DNA from: Candidatus Moraniibacteriota bacterium | GTDB taxonomy: Bacteria > Patescibacteriota > Minisyncoccia > Moranbacterales > UBA1568 | NCBI GenBank assembly: GCA_963743885.1 | Contig: CAVURJ010000001.1 | Span: 12,949-76,948, forward strand | DNA: 64,000 bases | Reading direction: 5' to 3' | Part shown: positions 28,198-39,314 of the stretch, one piece after another | How the letters are laid out: every line of letters starts with the position of its first letter | Numbering within the stretch: position 1 is the stretch's first letter | Notes under the pieces: generated by a model | Databases searched by the model: none | The model's input: only the letters and a program-made list of their open reading frames with translations | Told to the model about the DNA's origin: nothing | Position numbers and translations under genes: made by a program

Positions 28198-31100
28198 CTA
28201 ATTCCCGTTCAATCTCGCAATCCATCCGAAATTATTGAGGAACGTCCTCGTGATCACTTCGGTTGCATTGGCCTTGGACTGCTCTACCGGCACCGTTGCC
28301 GCATCCGATACTGTCTTATTGCCGGCTTCGTCGGTCGCCTCAATCTGATAGCTGTAGACATCGCCCGCCTCGGCCGGAATAGTGATCAGATGGTAGGTAT
28401 TGAGCGAATCGTCGCTCGTCGACTGTTCGAAGGACTTGGTGACAATGCCCTTGGCATAGGCCACATGAAGCCGAGACGGCTCGTCGGTCTCGATCTTGAT
28501 ATAGACGTTCGCCTGCGCGGCGGCACCGCGACCAGAGACGCGTCCCATCGCCTTGTTGGAGACGATTTTCGGCGGGCGCGAGTCAGTGCGCGTCGTAATC
28601 TTCTGCTCATACGGAGTCGCCTGAATGGCATACTGATCCTTACCGGTGACAGTGACCACATACTCCACCGCCGGATCGAGATCCGTGATCTCTGCAGCGT
28701 GCTCCGTCCCCAGGTCTTCTGTCAGATACGTACCCGTACCGCCAGCCACTGATTTGTAGTATACCAGAGTCGACGTCGGCACATTGGTCTTGTACGCGAT
28801 GGTAATGGTCGGCAGGTCGACATTCTCCTTGTTCTCAATGAGCACATCAGACACGACCGGCTCTTCCGGCGTCGAGAAGGAATACTCATCCGATGAGAAC
28901 GTATTGAGATCACCATCGATACAGCTAATCTGCACACGGTATGACGAGGCTGGAGAAAGCTGATCGATCTGCTGCACGTGTCCCGATCCACCCGTCTCTT
29001 CCTCGATAGTAAACGAACCGTACTCGAGGGTACACGTAGCACTCACATTGGTCTCCCATTTCACGTAGGCCGTATTGAGCTTGATATCGGTCACGGTCAC
29101 TTCCGAAATGACCGGCGGCGGCAGCGTCTCAAACGTGCTAATCTCAGACGTGCCGATGTTGCCGTCCGGATCGATATACTTCACACGATAGTAATACTTG
29201 GTCCCGGCATCCAAGCCCTTGGTGATGACCTCATGCGTCGTCACCGAATCCACCTGGCCAGTCGTCTCACCGAGCGAGATGGCCTTGCCATACTCAATGA
29301 ACGAGCTCGCGACACGATCCGTAGCCCATTTAAATGTCGCCTGATACGACTGCGTCACATAGCTCGGTGTACCAACAAGCTTCGGCGCCGTCGTATACTT
29401 GCCGGTCGGAATGATCGAGACCGTCGACGAAGCGGCTGAGTAGTTACTCGTCTTGTCCTTGGACTTCACATAGTAGTAGTACAACCGGCTCTCAAGCGTC
29501 GTATCGCCGGAAGGCAAGAGAATCTCGCCGGAGTCCACGTACGCGCTACCCGTCGTCTTGGCGATCTCAGTGAATGAGACGTTATCATCGGAACGATAGA
29601 TCACGAAGCCGTCGAAGTTGGCCTGATCGATGCCGTCCGGACGTGCCCACTTAATGGCGATGCCGTACTTAGAATTCTCACGATCGGACGTATCGAAGAT
29701 CTGCACGTTGCCCGGGATCGGTGGATTGCTCGTATCAGCCGTGAACGGGATGACGGCGTAGTTGCCGTACTCGATATTGCCCGCCTCATCCTCAGCGACT
29801 ACGAAGAAGAGATTCTCGCCCTTCTGGGTGGCGAAGGCGCTCGGTCCAGCCGATTCAATAGTGGTTGAGACGGAGTTGTTGGCTGTCGGCAGCACATTGA
29901 CCGCATAATGATACACCAGCCCGGTCGGATCGCCAGCGAACGATGACGGCTGGTCCCACGAGAAGGAGAATGAGTTCTCAGTCGAGGTCGCTGGACTCAC
30001 AGCAAGGTTCTGCGGCGGCGTCGGAGCGCTCGCGCTGAAATAGTATTCCTGCATGAGCGACGCCGAAGCGTTGCCAGCGCCATCCACAGCCCGCAAGTAA
30101 AACTTGTTCTTGCCGGACTGATAGGCGCCAACGATATGATCGACATTCGGGAGCGCGAGCGACACCTGGGCGGTATCGGTGATATCGATCCAGGTATCTG
30201 TCACATCGCCATCCGTGCGGTACTGGAGCTTGGTAATGCCGGAGAAAAGATCGGATGCATCAGCTGCCCAAAGGAAGGTGTAATTGTCGGATGCTGTATA
30301 ACCGGTCGGAGTGACAGAGATGGTCGACGGCGCGGACGGCGCGATATTGTCGAATTTGTATGTGAACGCGGCATACGGCGTCGCCGGGGTCATGCCAGCA
30401 TTGTCCTCCGCCGAAATGCGGAGGTAATAGGTCTGTCCAGCCGAAAGCGTCCCGGCGGTATACGTGGTACCGGTCTGGAAAGTGACTGGGTCCCCATTCA
30501 CATCGGTACCGAAATACACATAGTAGCCAGCGATGCCGGAACCACCGACACCGTCTGTCGCACCCCCGACCGCGTCAGCTGCCGGCCACTCAAAGTGTGG
30601 CGCCACATGGTTGTACCAGGTATTTGCTGTGATAGATGCTGTCTTAGCGGCCGACGAATATGCGGAAACAGCGCTCGGATTGGTCGGCACTGCCATATCC
30701 TGATAGTAACTCACCGAATAACTTGCGACTGTCGGCGAGAAGATGCGATCAGATGATGAGAGATTCGCACGCACCTGGATATAGCCGTCCGGATCGGAAT
30801 TGATCTTGAACGCATGCGACGTGCCGATGGTCTGCTCATTGGACACCGCCACCCACTCGGACCAGGCAGCGCCATCCGGTGATGTGCGCGTCTCGAAGGA
30901 AACGAACGTGTTGTCCGGCTCAGTATAATCGACGGTCAGATTGCCCCACTTGTAGACCGAGACGAGATTGATCGCTTCCGAGGTATACGTGCCGGTCTTC
31001 TGGAAGCCGGTGCCATTACCCGATGAACTCACCACGTAGCTATAGAGGCCGTCCGGATACGAATTGGTACCATTACCAGCAGAAACCCAGTGGCGGCTAC

Positions 31101-34100
31101 TTGTATTCGTGATGAAACCACCGACATTGACCTGGGCTGGAATAGCAGTCACAGATGCCCACGTACCAGCAAGGCCATCCGCGATACGATACCGGTAGAT
31201 ATCAGCTGTATTGGTACCATGCGTCACATAGAGGTAGCCATCGCCGCCATCCACGATGCCGCCGCCAGTATTGATGGTGGCTGGAAGGTTCGGCAAAGTC
31301 GCCCAGGCTTCCGGGGATGGTGTGTAACGATAGATAGTATTAGTACCGCCACGCATCGAATAGATGTAGCCGCCACTGTACACCATACTTCCGCCAGTCG
31401 TTGGGAGGAGCGAAGCATTGGCGAGGAGTGCCGCCGACCAGCGCGATCCAGCGACCGCATTGAGATCATAACGCCACCAGGTGCTCGTACCGGTACCGCG
31501 CGTCAAATAGATATAACGCGATCCATCATAGGTCATGCTCGAACCAGCACCCACCGGGAGCGGCGGCTGATCAAGCGTGAGCTCGGTCCAGACATTGGTC
31601 GCGACATCGTACTTGTAGAAATAATCGCCCTTGCCGCTCGCGCGTGAGATACGGAGCGTGCCCGGCGAATAATAGATCTCATCGCGATCAGTCGCGTAGA
31701 CCATCGACACGCCGCCATTGTTGGCATCTTGCCAACCCCAAGCACCGACTGGCAGCCGCGCGAGATCGGTCGTTGTACCAGACGCCGCATCATAACGCAC
31801 GAAGAGATTATCATAACCGCCACGGGTCATATAGATATTATCGCCGCCATCCCCTACACCATACGCGCCATAGGTGAACGGGAAGTACGATGATCCTCCG
31901 GGGATAGACGGGCCGAAGAAGCCCTTATTCGGGGTCTCCCAGGAAGACTCGGCAATATTGTAGCGATAAACGTTGGTCGTACCAGCGCCACGCGTCGCGT
32001 AGATATAGCCGCTATAGATGACCTGTGCCGCGCCCTGATCAAAGCCGACCGGGGTATCCGGCAGCTGTGACCACTCGTTCGTGCCGACATCATAACGGAA
32101 GTAGTTGTCGATACGGTTGCCACGCGTCACATAAATATTGTCGGTCTCTGTATCGTAGGCGATACTGCCACCGGTATAGACACCGACCGGTGCCTGAGCG
32201 AGCACCGTCCAGGTATTGGCCGTCTCACCGTACGCTGCATCCGTCGCGATGGAATACTTGGCAAGATACGGATAGTAATTGCCCTGGATGACATAGATAT
32301 TGTTACGACCGTCATAGGCGCTATCCGACCCGTAGCTGGTCATCTGACCATCGGCGGCGTTCGGATTGCCGAACTGTGCGTTCGCCCGGGCTGACCAGCT
32401 GTCATTCACCGTATCATATCGATAGAAAGCATCGTCGCTGCCCGGCAGGCCATAGATATAGCGCGACCCGTCATAAGCGAGCGAGCCGCCAATATAGAAG
32501 TTCTTCGGCGCGCTCGAGACGGCCGACCACGTACCAGCCGCGATATCGTACTTCCAGAAAGTCGGCAGGTTGTTACCCTGCGTCGCATAGAGATAGCCTT
32601 CTGCGCCAGCAACGATTGATCCACCATAACTCACAATGGCTGGCGTCGATGTAAGCGTCGTCCAGGTATCAGTCGACGGCGTGTAACGGTAGAATCCGGT
32701 CTGTCCGCCGCCACGGAGCACATAGATATAGTCGATGCCACCATACGTCGCCTTGACCGCATCACCACCATAATTGATGGTGCCCGTCGCATACGTGAGA
32801 CGCGACTGATTCCAGAAGCCCGAACCAGAGGCGAGCGAGAGGCGGAGCGCATCTGGCACATCGGATGCAGAAACATTCTCGAGCGTACCGGCTGAGAAAT
32901 GCGCCTGAGTCGTCTTGGTCTCGATAAGCGCCGGGGAGACGCCGGCATAGACATACGTGAAGGCAGCATATGCGGAGGCACTCACGTTGCCGTTGCCGTC
33001 TTTCGTCTTGATGCGGAGGTAGTACGTGCCAGCATCCATCGCACGATTGACCTCATACGTCGCTCCTGCCTGATATGAACCATCTGTCTCCGGATCGGCA
33101 CTCGCATTTGGACCGAAATACACGTAGTACCCAGAGACACCCGCCTCCGGGCTCGAAGCACCCGAGAATGAGAAGTATGGATGCTCATACGGATAGGATT
33201 GCCCCGAAGACAGCGTCGTTCCTCCACTCACTGAATAGGCGTTCACTGCTGTCGGGTTGGTCGGCAACGTATCGGAATTATTGTACGTGATGTCATAATC
33301 ATAGACCGTTGGTGTGCTCGCGCCATCCGTCGTCGAAAGCGTAATGCGCACTTGGATGTATCGCTGGGCTGGCGACGCGATCGTCGTACCCGAGACCGCC
33401 TCCCATGACGACCATGACGAAGCATCTGTGCTCGTGCGTGTCTCATAGACAATCGCGGTATTGGCCGGCGTCGCATCAGTCGCCTCAAACGATACCCAGT
33501 TCGAAGCCTGCGATACATCAATTGCCTCACTCATGTACACGCCTGAGGCGGTAAAGTTTTGTGCGCCCGCGGTATAGCTCCACATGTCGGTCGTCCCCTG
33601 GCCCGTGAGCGCATAGAAAGAGCTCCCGCCCGCATATTCGATATTGGCGCCATTGTACGGGCCGCGACCATAGAGGTACTTCTGGTTCGACGGCAGGAGC
33701 CGCCACGTATCGGTCGAAATGGTGTACTCCCATGTCTCGTCTTTGTAGAGACCGGCGAGCGCATAGATCTTGCCATTTGCATGGGTCAGATCCGTACCGT
33801 AGTACTGATTGAACGGCGTCGAAGCAACCTCGGACCAGGTGCCGGCCACAGTGTCGTACTTGAGAAACACCGTCTCACCATCACCCATCGTAGCGAAAAG
33901 ATTCGTCCCGTCCGAGACGAGCCGAGCACCGGCGTAAGCACTATACGTGACACCGCTCACGGTTATCGCAGCATTCGTCGTCCAAGCAAGCGTCGCACTA
34001 TTCGGACTACTATAGAGCGTCGAGGTACCGATGCCGCGAAGTACATAGACCCGGTCATTAGAAGCATTGTACGCCGCACTCGTGCCGTGCGATCCGGTCG

Positions 34101-35934
34101 CAGGCAGCACCGTCATCGCGGCCCACGTATTGGTCGAGATGGTATAGCGATAGAACGTCGTTGTGCTATTGCCAAGCGGATAATAGATATAGTCCCCAAC
34201 GAGCGTACCGGTCGTATCCTGCGTCGGCACCAACGGAAGACTTGCGAGTGTCGTCCACGTATTGGATGCCACATTGTAGCGATAGAAGCCGGCTGTCCCG
34301 CCGCGCACCGCATAGACGTACGAGCCGGCGCCGGTCACGCCGTTCCAAAGCAGATCACTGCCCGTCCCCATCGTGATGGTATTATTCACCACCTGCTGCG
34401 GACCAACCCAATCCCCGGTCGTCCCGAGCGCCGGATCAAACTTCCAGAAGTCATACGTGCCGGATGAACGAAGCACGTAAAACTGGCCATCGGATTCATT
34501 ATAGGAAATCGGCACGTTATCCGCCGTCGCCGGAGCAGTATTGAGTACTGTCCAGGTATTGCTCGCGATAGTATACCGCAGGAAGGCATTAGTAGCCGCC
34601 GAGCGCATGTAGTAGATATGGCCGTTGGCATACGCGCCCTTCTGATTACCATTGAAGAGATAGCCAGACGTGATATTTGCCATCGCTGACCAGGTGTTCG
34701 TCGCGATACTGTACCGGTAAAAGGTCAGTGTGTTGCCACCACGCGGCGTATAAAGATAACCGTCCTCGCCATAGACCAGGCTCGCACCAGTCGAAGCTGA
34801 TCCCGAGATTGGCGCGAGCGACTGCCACTCGCCGGCCGAGACATCATAACGCCAAAAGTCCGTACTGCCATTGCCACGAAGCACATACGGATCCGTCCCA
34901 TCGAAGCCGATGCTGCCACCGGTCCAGATGGTATCGAGGAGATCCGGCAACGCCGCCCACGTATCCGTCGCCGTATCGTAGTGATAAAACTTCTTCGAAT
35001 AGCCGCCGAGGATGGCATAGATACCGTCCGCTCCGTCCGAGACCATGCTCGATCCGTAATACGCTGGGAAGGGCAGATCACCAAGCTCCGTCCATTCATT
35101 GAGCACGGAATCATACTTCCAAAAGGCCTTGTCGGCGTAACCGCGCATCACATAAAGATCGCTCCCGACAAAAGCCGAGCTTGATCCCTGGCCGATGGAA
35201 TCCGGCGGCTGCGTCCACGTGCGAGCGGCCCAGGTGCCCTGCGAAGCGAGCTGTATCGCATCCGTAGAACTATCAAGCGAAACATCCGTAACTGCACCAC
35301 GTCCCCACTCCGCCTCGGTGCTCACCGACTTCGTGAACGGAGCGCCAGAAACATTCATCCCCCAGATATAGACCATCGCGACCGCTGTGATCGCGACGCC
35401 ACCACGCCATGAGAGCGCGCGGACAAGACGGAGCATCCCGAGCAACTTACGGCCGGAAAATCCGAACGCTGTACGAATCGTCTTGTGCCGATGATACGAC
35501 CGGCCATAGCTTTCCTTACGTGAGACTTCGTAGCGCGTAAGGAATTCTCCAAGGTCTTTCGCATCAATAGGCAGCTCTACCTTCGGCTCCTCTCGAGCGA
35601 AGAATGTCTCATGGAAATCAGCCTGCTGCCGCTTGAAAAATCGAGAAAAATCCGCCTTCAATCGGCTCACTGTCGCAGAAATATCTGGTTTCTTCCAAGA
35701 CTTCCGGGCTGGGCGCGGCAGGACAACCCGCTTGATTGCCGGCTGATAGCTCATCCATCGCCTCGTACGACGAGAAAGCTCTGTCTCCTCATCGAGTGAT
35801 CCACACTCCCATGCGATTGCTTTCTTCTTTCGATTTTCCTTAGCAGCAATCGTCTTTTTGAGGGCCGCAAAAGACGGCGCTTCGGCACCGGATAATACGT
35901 TCTTTTTCGCTTGTGTTTTTGCCTTTCCGATCAT
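28198..35934 (-). CDS. Giant surface protein with two Kelch-repeat blocks and multiple FN3-like domains
   Basis: About 2580 aa; basic cytoplasmic N-terminus, one TM, many IY..RG.....F.RY......W repeats, FN3-like C-terminus; an extended -10 (TGtTATAAT) near 36032-36040 favours ATG 35934. Confidence 0.88.
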   Translation of the reverse strand: MIGKAKTQAKKNVLSGAEAPSFAALKKTIAAKENRKKKAIAWECGSLDEETELSRRTRRWMSYQPAIKRVVLPRPARKSWKKPDISATVSRLKADFSRFFKRQQADFHETFFAREEPKVELPIDAKDLGEFLTRYEVSRKESYGRSYHRHKTIRTAFGFSGRKLLGMLRLVRALSWRGGVAITAVAMVYIWGMNVSGAPFTKSVSTEAEWGRGAVTDVSLDSSTDAIQLASQGTWAARTWTQPPDSIGQGSSSAFVGSDLYVMRGYADKAFWKYDSVLNEWTELGDLPFPAYYGSSMVSDGADGIYAILGGYSKKFYHYDTATDTWAALPDLLDTIWTGGSIGFDGTDPYVLRGNGSTDFWRYDVSAGEWQSLAPISGSASTGASLVYGEDGYLYTPRGGNTLTFYRYSIATNTWSAMANITSGYLFNGNQKGAYANGHIYYMRSAATNAFLRYTIASNTWTVLNTAPATADNVPISYNESDGQFYVLRSSGTYDFWKFDPALGTTGDWVGPQQVVNNTITMGTGSDLLWNGVTGAGSYVYAVRGGTAGFYRYNVASNTWTTLASLPLVPTQDTTGTLVGDYIYYPLGNSTTTFYRYTISTNTWAAMTVLPATGSHGTSAAYNASNDRVYVLRGIGTSTLYSSPNSATLAWTTNAAITVSGVTYSAYAGARLVSDGTNLFATMGDGETVFLKYDTVAGTWSEVASTPFNQYYGTDLTHANGKIYALAGLYKDETWEYTISTDTWRLLPSNQKYLYGRGPYNGANIEYAGGSSFYALTGQGTTDMWSYTAGAQNFTASGVYMSEAIDVSQASNWVSFEATDATPANTAIVYETRTSTDASSWSSWEAVSGTTIASPAQRYIQVRITLSTTDGASTPTVYDYDITYNNSDTLPTNPTAVNAYSVSGGTTLSSGQSYPYEHPYFSFSGASSPEAGVSGYYVYFGPNASADPETDGSYQAGATYEVNRAMDAGTYYLRIKTKDGNGNVSASAYAAFTYVYAGVSPALIETKTTQAHFSAGTLENVSASDVPDALRLSLASGSGFWNQSRLTYATGTINYGGDAVKATYGGIDYIYVLRGGGQTGFYRYTPSTDTWTTLTSTPAIVSYGGSIVAGAEGYLYATQGNNLPTFWKYDIAAGTWSAVSSAPKNFYIGGSLAYDGSRYIYGLPGSDDAFYRYDTVNDSWSARANAQFGNPNAADGQMTSYGSDSAYDGRNNIYVIQGNYYPYLAKYSIATDAAYGETANTWTVLAQAPVGVYTGGSIAYDTETDNIYVTRGNRIDNYFRYDVGTNEWSQLPDTPVGFDQGAAQVIYSGYIYATRGAGTTNVYRYNIAESSWETPNKGFFGPSIPGGSSYFPFTYGAYGVGDGGDNIYMTRGGYDNLFVRYDAASGTTTDLARLPVGAWGWQDANNGGVSMVYATDRDEIYYSPGTLRISRASGKGDYFYKYDVATNVWTELTLDQPPLPVGAGSSMTYDGSRYIYLTRGTGTSTWWRYDLNAVAGSRWSAALLANASLLPTTGGSMVYSGGYIYSMRGGTNTIYRYTPSPEAWATLPNLPATINTGGGIVDGGDGYLYVTHGTNTADIYRYRIADGLAGTWASVTAIPAQVNVGGFITNTSSRHWVSAGNGTNSYPDGLYSYVVSSSGNGTGFQKTGTYTSEAINLVSVYKWGNLTVDYTEPDNTFVSFETRTSPDGAAWSEWVAVSNEQTIGTSHAFKINSDPDGYIQVRANLSSSDRIFSPTVASYSVSYYQDMAVPTNPSAVSAYSSAAKTASITANTWYNHVAPHFEWPAADAVGGATDGVGGSGIAGYYVYFGTDVNGDPVTFQTGTTYTAGTLSAGQTYYLRISAEDNAGMTPATPYAAFTYKFDNIAPSAPSTISVTPTGYTASDNYTFLWAADASDLFSGITKLQYRTDGDVTDTWIDITDTAQVSLALPNVDHIVGAYQSGKNKFYLRAVDGAGNASASLMQEYYFSASAPTPPQNLAVSPATSTENSFSFSWDQPSSFAGDPTGLVYHYAVNVLPTANNSVSTTIESAGPSAFATQKGENLFFVVAEDEAGNIEYGNYAVIPFTADTSNPPIPGNVQIFDTSDRENSKYGIAIKWARPDGIDQANFDGFVIYRSDDNVSFTEIAKTTGSAYVDSGEILLPSGDTTLESRLYYYYVKSKDKTSNYSAASSTVSIIPTGKYTTAPKLVGTPSYVTQSYQATFKWATDRVASSFIEYGKAISLGETTGQVDSVTTHEVITKGLDAGTKYYYRVKYIDPDGNIGTSEISTFETLPPPVISEVTVTDIKLNTAYVKWETNVSATCTLEYGSFTIEEETGGSGHVQQIDQLSPASSYRVQISCIDGDLNTFSSDEYSFSTPEEPVVSDVLIENKENVDLPTITIAYKTNVPTSTLVYYKSVAGGTGTYLTEDLGTEHAAEITDLDPAVEYVVTVTGKDQYAIQATPYEQKITTRTDSRPPKIVSNKAMGRVSGRGAAAQANVYIKIETDEPSRLHVAYAKGIVTKSFEQSTSDDSLNTYHLITIPAEAGDVYSYQIEATDEAGNKTVSDAATVPVEQSKANATEVITRTFLNNFGWIARLNGN

Positions 35935-36323
35935 TTCCGAATCCGTGAGAGAATGCACCAAAACAAAAGATCTTTCCTCTCCAGAATGACGCGCAAAAAA
36001 CGCAAAAAATCCGGACGATCTTCCACTTATGATTATAACACTTTTTTCCCAGCAAGAAAGCAAAAAAACAACCAAAAGAAACGCCCTTCCGGGCAACAAA
36101 AACCATCTCAGCATCACATGAACGACAGACGACAATATATGGCCTATACAAGCCTCAAATTACAAATTTCATGACGCTGGATTATCAATTATCAATTTTT
36201 CAATGTGATCCACCAATCGAAGATACGAGAAACTATACCCCAGACTCTTCCCATAGAGCCGAAAAAAGACTAGGATAGGATGGTAATTTGTCCCGTACGC
36301 GGGATTTTTGATTAGCAAAGATT

Positions 36324-38045
36324 ATGTTCATGAAACTCATACCATTCCTCTCCTGGGTCCGGACCTACGATAGGAAGAAATTCGTCGCCGACCTCTCGGC
36401 CGGACTAACAGTCGCTGTCATCCTCGTCCCCCAGGCCATGGCCTATGCTATGCTTGCCGGCTTGCCGCCGGTCTACGGTCTCTACGCCGGTCTCATCGGC
36501 GCCGGCGTCGCCGGACTTTTCGGTAGTTCGACCCAGCTTTCGACTGGTCCCGTCGCCATCGTAAGCTTCCTCGTCCTCACCTCGCTCACGCCATTTGCGG
36601 CTCCAGAAAGCGAAAATTTCATCAGTCTCGCCATCCTCCTTGCACTCTTGGTCGGCCTCGTACAACTCCTCATGGGCGTGTTCCGCCTCGGCTTCATGAT
36701 GAGTTTCGTCTCGCACGCGGTCGTCGTCGGCTTCACCAATGCTGCCGCGCTCATCATCGCCTCGACCCAGATCCCGAGTCTCCTCGGCATCAAGGTCGGC
36801 CAGCACGAACTCGTCTTCGAGACCTTCATCGATATCGCACGGAACCTTCCGACGACTCATCTCCCAACTGTCGCCATAAGCGTTGCCGCCATCGCCGCAC
36901 TCCTCATCCTCCGCCGGATCCACAAAGCTTTCCCTGCCGCCCTCGTTATCGTCGTCACCTCCATCCTCGCTTCCTCATACTTCGATTTCGAAGCGCTCGG
37001 TATCAAAGTCGTCGGTGCCGTCCCGAGCGGCATCCCCTTCCCGGCGCTCCCAGCCTTCTCATTCGATATGGCAAGCGATCTCCTCGGCACCGCGCTCATC
37101 ATCAGCATCATCGGATTCATGGAAGCCTTTGCCATAGCCAAATCCTTGGCTGCCAAGCGGAAAGAGAAGATCGATGTGAATCAAGAACTCATCGGTCAGG
37201 GACTCGCCAACATGGCCGTCTCGCTCTTCCGCGGCTATCCTGTGAGCGGCTCCTTCTCGCGAAGCGCCGTCAACAATCTCGCCGGCGCGCAGACCGGCAT
37301 GGCTGGAGCCTTCGTCAGCCTCTTCGTCCTCCTCGCACTCCTCTTCGTCGCGCCGTATCTCTACGCACTGCCGAAGGCCGTGCTCGCCGCGATCGTCATC
37401 GTCGCCGTCATCGGACTGGTTGATATCCGCGAACTCAGCCATCTCTGGAAGACTACACGCTCCGACGGCGCCGTTGCTGTCGCCACCTTCGGCTTCGCCT
37501 TCCTCATGAAGCCGGACTACGCTATCTTCATCGGCATCATCCTCTCGCTCATGCTCTTCCTCCGGAAAACCATGCGTCCCGATCTCGCTATCCTCGGCCG
37601 CGATGAAGAACGTCATGCCTTCGCTGATATCAAGAACGATCCGGCCGCACGCACCTGCCCATACATGACGCTCGTCCGACCGGACCGTGCGCTCTACTTC
37701 GCAAACATCGACGCGACCCTCGAAAGTGCTGAGCGGATCATCGCCGAATGTACACCAAAGATCTTCATCGTCGACGGCGAAGCAGTCAACTTCATCGACG
37801 CCACCGCTATCGAGGCACTCGGGCGCTTCATCCGCGAAAAGGAAGAGGCTGGACTCCGCATCCTCTTCATCAATCTCAAAGAAGACGTACGTGCGACCTT
37901 CCGCCGAGCCAGCATGGACGATTTCCTCGAGAAAAATGCCTCTATCATGGGAAAAAGCGCCGCTATCGCCGCCGGCAAAGCCCTTCTCCCCGCCGAGTGC
38001 TGCGCGACCTGCACCGCCCGCGTCTTCCAGGAATGCAAGAAGTAA
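36324..38045 (+). CDS. SulP family anion permease with STAS domain
   Basis: DL.AGLTVA...VPQAMAYA.LAGLPP.YGLY, NQELIGQG, GSFSRS and LYFAN; C-terminal CxxC...FxEC. Confidence 0.95.
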   Translation: MFMKLIPFLSWVRTYDRKKFVADLSAGLTVAVILVPQAMAYAMLAGLPPVYGLYAGLIGAGVAGLFGSSTQLSTGPVAIVSFLVLTSLTPFAAPESENFISLAILLALLVGLVQLLMGVFRLGFMMSFVSHAVVVGFTNAAALIIASTQIPSLLGIKVGQHELVFETFIDIARNLPTTHLPTVAISVAAIAALLILRRIHKAFPAALVIVVTSILASSYFDFEALGIKVVGAVPSGIPFPALPAFSFDMASDLLGTALIISIIGFMEAFAIAKSLAAKRKEKIDVNQELIGQGLANMAVSLFRGYPVSGSFSRSAVNNLAGAQTGMAGAFVSLFVLLALLFVAPYLYALPKAVLAAIVIVAVIGLVDIRELSHLWKTTRSDGAVAVATFGFAFLMKPDYAIFIGIILSLMLFLRKTMRPDLAILGRDEERHAFADIKNDPAARTCPYMTLVRPDRALYFANIDATLESAERIIAECTPKIFIVDGEAVNFIDATAIEALGRFIREKEEAGLRILFINLKEDVRATFRRASMDDFLEKNASIMGKSAAIAAGKALLPAECCATCTARVFQECKK

Positions 38046-38160
38046 CACAAGTTTCTACTTCAAGAAAAATCACTCCCTAGTGGGGAGTGATTTTCTTTTA
38101 TACTCCGACGACCGTGTATCATCAAAACCAGCGTGGTGATGACTTAGCTCTTTCGTAGCG

Positions 38161-39249
38161 CTACTCGCCGTACTCTTTGTGGCTATACTTTTTCAAACCC
38201 TTTTTCGCTTTTTTTAAAAACTTACCGAACTGTCGGCCCTTTTGTCTCTTTTCAAGCTCCGTCATTTCATAATGACCGGATTCTTTCTTCAAATTGATGT
38301 AGTTGGAATATCTCTCTCCATCCAGCTTGCCCGACTGTACCGCTGACAATACTTCGCAATCAGGTTCACTGACGTGCGTGCAGTCGGCAAATTTGCATTT
38401 TTCCGCCAAGGCCGCTATTTCCTCGAAGAGACCGCTTATGCCGGCATTCACATCCGTCACCCCCACTTCCCGCACTCCGGGATTGTCTATTACGATGCCA
38501 CCGTTTTCCAAAAAATACATTTCTCTCGCGGTCGTCGTGTGTTTCCCTCGGCCCGAATGCGCTCCGATCTCGCCGGTCTGTATCTTGCCTCCGCCAAGCA
38601 GCTTGTTGATCAAAGAGGATTTTCCGACACCGGACGAACCGAGAAAGCAGTAGGTCTTGCCTTTTTCTATATATTCTTTCAACGCATCCAGCCCCTCATC
38701 GGAAAAAGCGCTGGTCACAATGATATCAATATCCTTGAGCCTCTCTTGTATCTGGGCGAGCTTTGAATCCAGGTCTTCTTTGGAGATCAGATCTATCTTG
38801 TTGAAGACAATAGCAGGCTGTATCCCTCCATCACGCGCTATGGAAAAATATCTTTCAAAACGATTCAGATTATAGTCCCGATCAGCCGACTCGATAACCA
38901 GGGCGACATCAATATTTGCCGCTATGACCTGGATCTCATCTTTGCCGCTCCGCTTTCTTTTCATCACCGTCTTCCTCGGCAAGATACTCTCTATGACAGC
39001 TTTCTTCTCTTCCACTTCGGAAATGACCACCCAATCACCGACGGCCGGATAATCCTCCCTAGAGACAGCCTTGAAAATACGCTTGCCGGTTATTTTCGCC
39101 AGATATTCTCCGCGAGTACTTCTGACTTCATATATTCCCCTCCGTTCAGCGGTTACCCGGGCAACCTGAAAAACATCCAACCCAAGCCTCACACGCTCAG
39201 ACTCGAAAAAATCATCCCAACCCAGATCTTCCCTGTTCATAATATCCAT
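38161..39249 (-). CDS. rsgA: Ribosome small subunit-dependent GTPase A
   Basis: PAVGDWV, AANID, NKID, GSSGVGKSSL, GKHTT, DNPG and CKFADCTHVSEPDC. Confidence 0.95.
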   Translation of the reverse strand: MDIMNREDLGWDDFFESERVRLGLDVFQVARVTAERRGIYEVRSTRGEYLAKITGKRIFKAVSREDYPAVGDWVVISEVEEKKAVIESILPRKTVMKRKRSGKDEIQVIAANIDVALVIESADRDYNLNRFERYFSIARDGGIQPAIVFNKIDLISKEDLDSKLAQIQERLKDIDIIVTSAFSDEGLDALKEYIEKGKTYCFLGSSGVGKSSLINKLLGGGKIQTGEIGAHSGRGKHTTTAREMYFLENGGIVIDNPGVREVGVTDVNAGISGLFEEIAALAEKCKFADCTHVSEPDCEVLSAVQSGKLDGERYSNYINLKKESGHYEMTELEKRQKGRQFGKFLKKAKKGLKKYSHKEYGE

Positions 39250-39314
39250 ATCCTCTATTCTACCATCAAAGCCCCGTATACCCTCTCCCAGGGAAAGAGG
39301 AGTATACTGATTCT

